DNA of 17,081 nucleotides. It comes from an uncultured bacterium (lineage in GTDB: Bacteria > Cyanobacteriota > Cyanobacteriia > Cyanobacteriales > Microcoleaceae). Of the stretch, positions 15,520 to 17,081 are shown in pieces. The position numbers were made by a program, and so were the translations under genes. The notes below the pieces were generated by a model that did not search any database, was not told where the DNA came from, and worked only from the letters and a program-made list of their open reading frames with translations. Within the stretch, counting starts at the first letter, position 1. Each line of letters opens with the position of its first letter. Where the stretch lies: positions 37,339-54,419 of the forward strand of contig CAZSTZ010000002.1 in the NCBI GenBank assembly GCA_964609515.1, given 5' to 3'.

Positions 15520-15790
15520 TGTACGCATAAAAGTTAAACTCTCATTTCTGAGGTAATCTTCGCCTTGGCAAAGTTATCGGTCGGTACTTTCTTAGTTGCA
15601 CTGTTTTACCCCTCGTAGAACTGTTTAACAACTAAGTTTTAGCAGCCCAGAACTGGCGAGGCATTCTAAGGTAAGAGCTTCAACGCTTACCGATAACGTA
15701 GTCCTCTAGGGACTTAGCTCTTCTTCAGCATATCTAAATTAACGAGGCACGAAGCCCCGCTCTTCAGAGCGGGGTGCTGACGGCTTGGTT
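15520..15790. other. Highly structured non-coding segment of about 270 bp (multiple nested stems) that replaces the 3' end of the ndh gene. Candidate small RNA or decayed MITE/insertion remnant.
   Basis: No credible ORF on either strand. Stems: gttatcggt (15575-15583) with accgataac (15681-15689); cttagttg with caactaag; ggtaagagc with gcttacc; ccccgctc-ttca-gagcgggg (15755-15774). The ndh reading frame ends inside the last hairpin. Confidence 0.3.
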
Positions 15791-16892
15791 GCGACCGATT
15801 ACGGCTAAACTTCCATAGTCAATATACTTGAAAGGCGGCGAAGTTTGATTTTTAAGTCGGTTTTTGATGACCTTGGCCCCATAAGACCCCTCCTCCATGG
15901 CTACGGGGGCCACTCCTGGTAGGGGCTTTTCTTCTTGGTGGGGATAATTTGCTAAATCTCGCAAAAATCTTCGCGTGGCCCGGTACGCTCAAGTCCTTTT
16001 CTACCACAACTCGTCCGGCCCGGTCGAGGCTGGCCCCCGTCTTACGAGCGATCGCCTCTCCCATCCCCGATGCCTTCACCCCGGCGGCCCACAATACCGT
16101 CTCAGCCTCTATTTCCTCGGTTTCGTCCCCACTCCGGACTGTCACTTTACCATCTTCTATATTTGTCACCAGACTTTTAGTCCGTATCGTTACTCCCAAA
16201 TTTGTCAAAGCTGCTGCTGCTTTTGCCGATAATTCTGGTGGGAAAGGTGGCAAAATTCTGTCCACTCCTTCTATTAAAAAAACGCGGGTCTCGCTAGTAT
16301 CAAAATTCCTAAAATCTGGCTTAAATTTCTTATAAGCTAACTCTGCTAAAGCCCCCGCTAATTCCACTCCCGTCGGTCCGCCGCCCACGATAACAAATGT
16401 TAGCAAAGCCCGTCTTTTCTGGGGGTCGCTTTCTTTCTCCGCTTCTTCAAAAGCTCCTAATATTCGCCTCCGCATTTCCAAAGCATCTTCTACTGTTTTT
16501 AACGGCGGCGCTTTTTCTTGCCATTCGTCGCGACCGAAGTAAAAATCTTTGACTCCCGTAGCTACAATTAAACTGTCGTAAGTTAGGTCGCGATCGCGCC
16601 AAATTAACTTATTTTCTTCGGGCTGAATATCTATCGCTTCCCCTAACAAAACTGTGGTATTTTTATTACCTTTTAAAACTCCCCGCAGGGGCGAAGCAAT
16701 ATCTCCTGGAGACAAACTACCCGTCGTCACTTGGTAGAGCAAAGGTTGAAATAAATGGAAGTTTCTTTTATCAATTAAAGTAACTTTTACATCGGCTTTT
16801 CCTAATTCTTTCGCCGCATATAGTCCGCCAAATCCGCCGCCGACTATTACTACATGATGGGGTGTTTTTTTAGGGTTTTCTTCGGTTTTCAT
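15764..16892 (-). pseudogene. ndh: Type II NADH dehydrogenase (NDH-2, FAD-dependent pyridine nucleotide-disulfide oxidoreductase), apparently disrupted. A frameshift near 15965-15980 (about 5 bp missing at ...IFA|IGDLANYP...) splits it into ORFs 15852-16892 and 15764-15964. The C-terminal membrane-anchor region after GRNQAV is absent.
   Basis: N-terminus HHVVIVGGGFGGLYAAKEL (first FAD-binding GxGxxG) and a second GxGxxG motif VIVGGGPTGVELAGALAE. The expected IFAIGDLANYP becomes IFARFSKLS..., with DLANYPHQ...LPGVAPVAMEEGSYGAKVI...PFKYIDYGSLAVIGRNQAV continuing in the -1 frame. A stop follows directly after GRNQAVSTPL. Confidence 0.55.
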
Positions 16893-16923
16893 AAGAGTTT
16901 TTTTATGTTGTAGTTAATCTTTT

Positions 16924-17081
16924 TAGTTAATCTTTGTAGGTTGTGCGGACCTCCGTGGAAGCCAACAAAATATGTTTAGTTAATCTTTGTAGGTTGTGCG
17001 GACCTCCGTGGAAGCCAACAAAATATGTTTAGTTAATCTTTGTAGGTTGTGCGGACCTCCGTGGAACCCAACAAAATACGT
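16924..17081. repeat. 53-bp tandem repeat (TAGTTAATCTTTGTAGGTTGTGCGGACCTCCGTGGAAGCCAACAAAATATGTT), at least 3 copies, running off the window end. A 12-bp partial unit lies at 16909-16920. Located upstream of the ndh start.
   Basis: Copies begin at 16924, 16977 and 17030, with period exactly 53. Copies 1 and 2 are identical. Copy 3 has 2 substitutions. Confidence 0.85.

Noticed and set aside
15755-15774. Hairpin CCCCGCTC-TTCA-GAGCGGGG as a rho-independent terminator for ndh
   Set aside because: No U-run follows on either strand. The ndh stop codon lies in the loop, so it is better explained as part of the structured insert that truncates the gene.
15949-16335. Plus-strand ORFs (128 aa and 85 aa) antisense to ndh
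   Set aside because: Antisense to a recognisable NDH-2 coding frame. Ser/Pro/Arg-rich. Spurious.
16924-17081. CRISPR array interpretation of the 53-bp repeats
   Set aside because: Units are contiguous and nearly identical with no unique spacers between them. This is a tandem minisatellite, not repeat-spacer architecture. No cas genes are nearby.

Overview
Cyanobacterial chromosomal window (HIP1 octamer GCGATCGC occurs about 20 times; roughly 40% GC; many short palindromic and heptameric repeats between genes). Coordinates 1-7000 are housekeeping and conserved-hypothetical genes: ketopantoate reductase; then, on the minus strand, a run of DUF815 AAA ATPase, TerB-like protein, peptidoglycan-binding membrane protein and a translationally coupled DHNA-CoA-type thioesterase; then a TMEM14-like small membrane protein, an orphan PntA/AlaDH-family dI-like protein and a DMT/EamA transporter. 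Coordinates 6900-9450 hold two directly repeated Uma2-family (DUF820) nuclease genes. Their 5' and 3' ends are nearly identical (about 415 bp nearly identical in nucleotides) but the middle of each is divergent (mosaic). They bracket a translationally coupled two-gene cassette of unknown function, and each copy is flanked by the GC-rich palindrome GGTGCGCACCGCGCACC. Coordinates 9699-15083 are the standout locus: a full-length major vault protein (MVP) gene with very strong similarity to eukaryotic MVP along its whole length, lying immediately downstream on the same strand of a Ser/Thr kinase-TM-WD40 receptor-like kinase; no terminator is evident between them. The MVP gene is GC-rich compared with its neighbours but contains host HIP1 sites. 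The right end holds a type II NADH dehydrogenase gene that looks inactivated (a 5-bp frameshift, plus a 3' truncation by a roughly 250 bp highly structured non-coding segment) and a 53-bp perfect tandem repeat array that runs off the window end. Several small dispersed repeat families fill intergenic space: a GAAACCAGGTT...AACCTGGTTTCTGGGCT hairpin family, a MITE-like nested inverted-repeat element with poly-G/C tracts (one full and one half copy), and AATTGCT heptamer tandems.
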